Shown here: one piece after another, positions 60,590-64,000 of the stretch
How the letters are laid out: every line of letters begins with the position of its first letter
Numbering within the stretch: the first letter of the stretch is position 1
DNA from: Anaeromyxobacteraceae bacterium
GTDB taxonomy: Bacteria; Myxococcota; Myxococcia; Myxococcales; Anaeromyxobacteraceae
Length of the DNA: 64,000 bases
Assembly (NCBI GenBank): GCA_047602405.1
Contig: JASGHJ010000001.1
Span: 96,001-160,000 of the forward strand
Direction of reading: 5' to 3'
Notes under the pieces: generated by a model
Databases searched by the model: none
Told to the model about the DNA's origin: nothing
What the model saw: the letters and a program-made list of their open reading frames with translations, nothing else
Program-made: the position numbers and the translations under genes

Positions 60590-63500
60590 GTGCTCCCCGC
60601 GCTCGCCTTCGCTGCCGAACCCTCCTTCCCCTACGCCTGCGCCGCGCCCGCCGACGAGGCGTGCCCGTGCGGGAGCGGCCTCGGCTTCGACCGGTGCTGC
60701 GCGCTGCCGGAGCTCGCCGAGCGCCAGCTCACCCGCCTCGCCGTCTCGCGCTGGGCGTCCGCCCGCGGCGTGGAGGCCCAGCTCGAGGTCATGCTCCGCG
60801 AGGTCATCCGCAGCGCGCCAGGCTCCGGCGCGGGCGTGCCGCGCGGGCTCGGCGCGGGCTTCTCCGTCCTCGACGCGCTCGCGCCGCCGACGGGCTACCG
60901 CGGGAGCGACTACCACCTGCCCGAGCGCCTCCGGCTCGCGTGCTTCGACTTCCTGCTGGAGGAAGCCTCGCTCGTCCGCGAGGCGCGGACCCACGACGCG
61001 ACCCAGCTCCCGCGCCCGGAGCACCCCGGCCTCGCGCTCCTCTTCGATCGCCTCCTCGAGCTGCGCACCGAGGCGCTCCTCCATGCGTCACCTCGCCCGG
61101 TCCGCGCGCTCGCGCACGGCGAGCTCACCATCCTCGAGAGGCTGCAGCGGATCCGCTTCGTGGAGCACCGGTCGACGTCCTGCCCGGGCCAGGGTCCCAC
61201 GCACCCCGGCTTCGAGCTCGAGCTCAAGGGCGCTTCCCAGCGTCCCCTCCCGATGCCGCGGTGCAGCTGCGGCTCCGACGTGGGCTGCCTCCACGTCCTC
61301 GCCGCCATCGACCTCACCCTCTCCCGCATCGTCGACCCGCTGCGCGCCGGCGCCTGGCACGGGCTCGCCGACGAGCTCGCGACGCCCGACTGGTCGCGCG
61401 CGCTCGAGGCGCTCAAGGACGCCCGCGTTCCCACGGGCCTCGCGCGACGGCCTCGCCCGGAGCAGCTCGGCCGGCGGCCGCTCGCGTTCGTGCTCGGCCG
61501 CGACGGGATGGCCCGGCTCCTCGTGACGCCGTGGCTCATGCCGGCCGCCGGCGACGCGCCCGAACGTGCGGCCACGGGCGCCGACCTCTGGGACCGTGGC
61601 CTCGATCCTCGGGATGAGGACCGCTCGGTCCTCGGCGCGTTCGGCATCCTCAAGAAGAGCTTCTCCGGCCGCGGCGGCGTGACGGCCCGCATCGAGCGGG
61701 GCCAGGACCTCCAGGCGCTCCTCGGCCATCCGCGCGTCCACCTCGACACGGCCACGGGGCCGCGGGTCGCCGTCTCGACCGGCCACCTGGGCCTCCTCGT
61801 GCGGCCCGCCACGGCCGCCAGCGGGGCCGACGCCGGCGTCGAGGTGCTGACCGCGGTCGACGGCGAGCCGGTGCCGACGGAGGCGCTCGAGCAGCCCGGG
61901 AAGGACGACTCGAGCGCGCTCGTCTGGATCGACCGCGCGCGCGCCCGCGTGAAGATCGTGAACCCCGGCGCAGAGCCCGCGGCCGTCGCGATCGTCCTCG
62001 CGAGCCTCGCGCGCGTGAAGGGCCGGTTTCCCGTGGAGGCCGAGCCCGCGCTCATGGAGCAGCTCGACGTGCTGCAGGGCGTCCTCCCGCTCGCGGTCGA
62101 CCCCGGGCTCGTCGCCGAGGACGTCCCGCCGTCGACGACGCTGCTCGTGCGCCTCGAGCTCCTGGCGCACGGCCTCGCCGTCACCCTGCTCGCGCTCCCG
62201 CTCGTGGGCGCGACGCCGCAGCCGCCGGGCGCCGGGCCGGCCCGCGTCCTCTCGGTCGTGAACGGCAGGCGCCGTCAGGTGTGGCGCGCGCTCGAGGCCG
62301 AGCGCGCGGCGGCGCTCGCGCTCGTGGAGGCCCTGCAGCTGCCGGACCCCGAGAGCGCCGCGCTCGCCTGGGAGCTCGACGACGACGCCGCGGCCCACGC
62401 GCTCGTCACCCGCGTCCGCGAGGCGGCCGCCGACCGCGCCTCGGACGACCCGGGCTCTACCGCCAGCCTCCCGCCGCTGCTGGTCGAGTGGGTCGGCCAC
62501 GAAGTGCGCTGCGCGGGCGCCTTCCGGCTCGACGACTTCAAGGTGAAGGTCGGTGGCCGCAAGAGGGACTGGTTCGGCGTCGACGGGCGGGTCGAGGTCG
62601 ACGGCGTCTCGGTCGGCCTCGCCGCGCTCCTCCGCGCGCTGCGGGAGGGCCGCACGGTGCTCCGCGCCGACGACGGCGCCCTCCTCGCGCTCGGCGGCGA
62701 GCTCGCGGCCCGCCTCGCCGGGCTCGAGCAGGTGCTCACCCGCGACGACGAGGGCGACCTCGCCGCCGGGCCCGCCGCCGCGCTCACCATCGCCGACCTC
62801 GTCGATGACGGCGCCGTCCTCGATGCGAGCCCGGACTTCCTCGCGCTGCGCGACCGCATGCGCGCCTCCGCGGCCCGCCCGTGCCCGGTGCCGGAGACCT
62901 TCCAGGGGGCGCTGCGCCCGTACCAGGCCGAGGGCTTCCGCTGGCTCGCGCGCCTCTCCGGCTGGGCGCCCGGTGGCGTCCTCGCCGACGACATGGGGCT
63001 CGGGAAGACGCTCCAGGCGCTCGCGCTCCTCTGCGAGCGCGCCGGGAAGGGCCCGGCGCTCGTGCTCGCCCCGACCTCCGTCTGCGCGAACTGGCGCGAC
63101 GAGGCCGCCCGCTTCGCGCCCGGGCTCCGCGTGTCGCTCTACCGCGACGCCGACCGCTCGACCGGCGTGGACGCGCTCCGGGGCCTCGGCCCCGGCGACG
63201 TCCTCGTCGCGAGCTACGGCCTCCTCGTCTCGAACGCCGCCGCCTTCGAGGAGGCGACCTTCGCGACCCTCGTCATCGACGAGGCCCAGGCCGTGAAGAA
63301 CGCCGCCACCCGCCGGGCCCAGGTCGTGCGGGCCCTGAAGGCGGAGTTCACCGTCGCCCTCTCCGGCACGCCGCTCGAGAACCACCTCGGCGAGCTCTGG
63401 AGCCTCTACCGGATCGTCTACCCCGCGCTCCTCGGCAGCTGGGCGAGCTTCAAGCTGCGCTTCGCCGAGCCCATCGAGCAGTTCGGCCGCGAGGACGCCC

Positions 63501-64000
63501 GGCTCGCGCTCGCGGCCACCCTCCGCCCGTTCCTGCTCCGCCGCACGAAGGCCGAGGTCGCCCCGGAGCTGCCGGCCCGCACCGAGCTCGTCGTGCCGGT
63601 GGTCCTCTCCCCGCCCGAGCTCCAGCGCTACGAGGAGTCCCGCCGCGCGATCGTCGCCCACCTCCAGAAGCTCAGGGACCTCCCGAAGGCGAAGAGGCGC
63701 ATCCACTTCCTCGCCGCGCTCACCGAGCTCCGGCTCCTCGCGTGCCACCCGCGCCTGCGCGACCGCACGAGCGCGCTCCCCTCCGCGAAGCTGGAGCGCT
63801 TCCTCGATCTCTTGCCCGAGCTCTCCGAGGGCGGCCACCGCACGCTCATCTTCAGCCAGTGGACCCGCCACCTCGCGCTCGTGCGCGAGGCGCTCGACGC
63901 GGCCGCCGTCCGGTACCTCTACCTCGACGGCGAGACGCCGCCCGAGGCGCGCGACGCGCTCGTGCGGAGGTTCCAGGGCGGCGAGGGCGCGCTCTTCCTC
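60590..64000 (+). CDS. SEC-C-like + SWIM + SNF2 helicase fusion (runs off the window)
   Basis: Motifs in one frame from GTG 60590: CPCGSGLGFDRCC, CSCGSDVGCLH, LRPYQ, LADDMGLGKT, IDEAQAVKN, LSGTPLEN, IFSQW. Confidence 0.88.
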   Translation, partial: MLPALAFAAEPSFPYACAAPADEACPCGSGLGFDRCCALPELAERQLTRLAVSRWASARGVEAQLEVMLREVIRSAPGSGAGVPRGLGAGFSVLDALAPPTGYRGSDYHLPERLRLACFDFLLEEASLVREARTHDATQLPRPEHPGLALLFDRLLELRTEALLHASPRPVRALAHGELTILERLQRIRFVEHRSTSCPGQGPTHPGFELELKGASQRPLPMPRCSCGSDVGCLHVLAAIDLTLSRIVDPLRAGAWHGLADELATPDWSRALEALKDARVPTGLARRPRPEQLGRRPLAFVLGRDGMARLLVTPWLMPAAGDAPERAATGADLWDRGLDPRDEDRSVLGAFGILKKSFSGRGGVTARIERGQDLQALLGHPRVHLDTATGPRVAVSTGHLGLLVRPATAASGADAGVEVLTAVDGEPVPTEALEQPGKDDSSALVWIDRARARVKIVNPGAEPAAVAIVLASLARVKGRFPVEAEPALMEQLDVLQGVLPLAVDPGLVAEDVPPSTTLLVRLELLAHGLAVTLLALPLVGATPQPPGAGPARVLSVVNGRRRQVWRALEAERAAALALVEALQLPDPESAALAWELDDDAAAHALVTRVREAAADRASDDPGSTASLPPLLVEWVGHEVRCAGAFRLDDFKVKVGGRKRDWFGVDGRVEVDGVSVGLAALLRALREGRTVLRADDGALLALGGELAARLAGLEQVLTRDDEGDLAAGPAAALTIADLVDDGAVLDASPDFLALRDRMRASAARPCPVPETFQGALRPYQAEGFRWLARLSGWAPGGVLADDMGLGKTLQALALLCERAGKGPALVLAPTSVCANWRDEAARFAPGLRVSLYRDADRSTGVDALRGLGPGDVLVASYGLLVSNAAAFEEATFATLVIDEAQAVKNAATRRAQVVRALKAEFTVALSGTPLENHLGELWSLYRIVYPALLGSWASFKLRFAEPIEQFGREDARLALAATLRPFLLRRTKAEVAPELPARTELVVPVVLSPPELQRYEESRRAIVAHLQKLRDLPKAKRRIHFLAALTELRLLACHPRLRDRTSALPSAKLERFLDLLPELSEGGHRTLIFSQWTRHLALVREALDAAAVRYLYLDGETPPEARDALVRRFQGGEGALFL

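Overview
Very GC-rich bacterial DNA; gene content (SEC-C proteins, SNF2/SWIM helicases, DUF3553 paralogs) suggests an Anaeromyxobacter/Myxococcota-like organism (inference). The left ~14 kb is a mobile/defence region. A complete IS66 (389-3310, 24-bp IRs, 8-bp target duplication, one passenger gene) is nested in a decayed IS21. Next come a membrane protein with a nuclease-like motif and a visibly lower-GC island encoding a RecD-like helicase-nuclease, a SauUSI-like PLD-helicase-DUF3427 enzyme and a broken SIR2 gene. The rest holds accessory and housekeeping genes: a PafB/PafC-like regulator lacking WYL domains, rnk, a CPA2 antiporter, four SEC-C proteins, an FN3/PKD M8 metalloprotease, an ARPP-1 protein, a sugar ABC module without an ATPase, nhaA with a probable nhaA-I riboswitch, cspA, a sirtuin, SNF2+SWIM, an egtD-egtB-DUF2652-yceI-bufferin (DUF692) cluster followed by an orphan RES gene, an iorAB-mocA-xdhC operon, rppH, patatin, a fitA-vapC pair and a SEC-C/SWIM/SNF2 fusion running off the end. 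Four single-base frameshifts all lie in short C/G runs and may be sequencing errors. No rRNA, tRNA or CRISPR array was seen. Family calls come from motif recognition by eye, not database searches.
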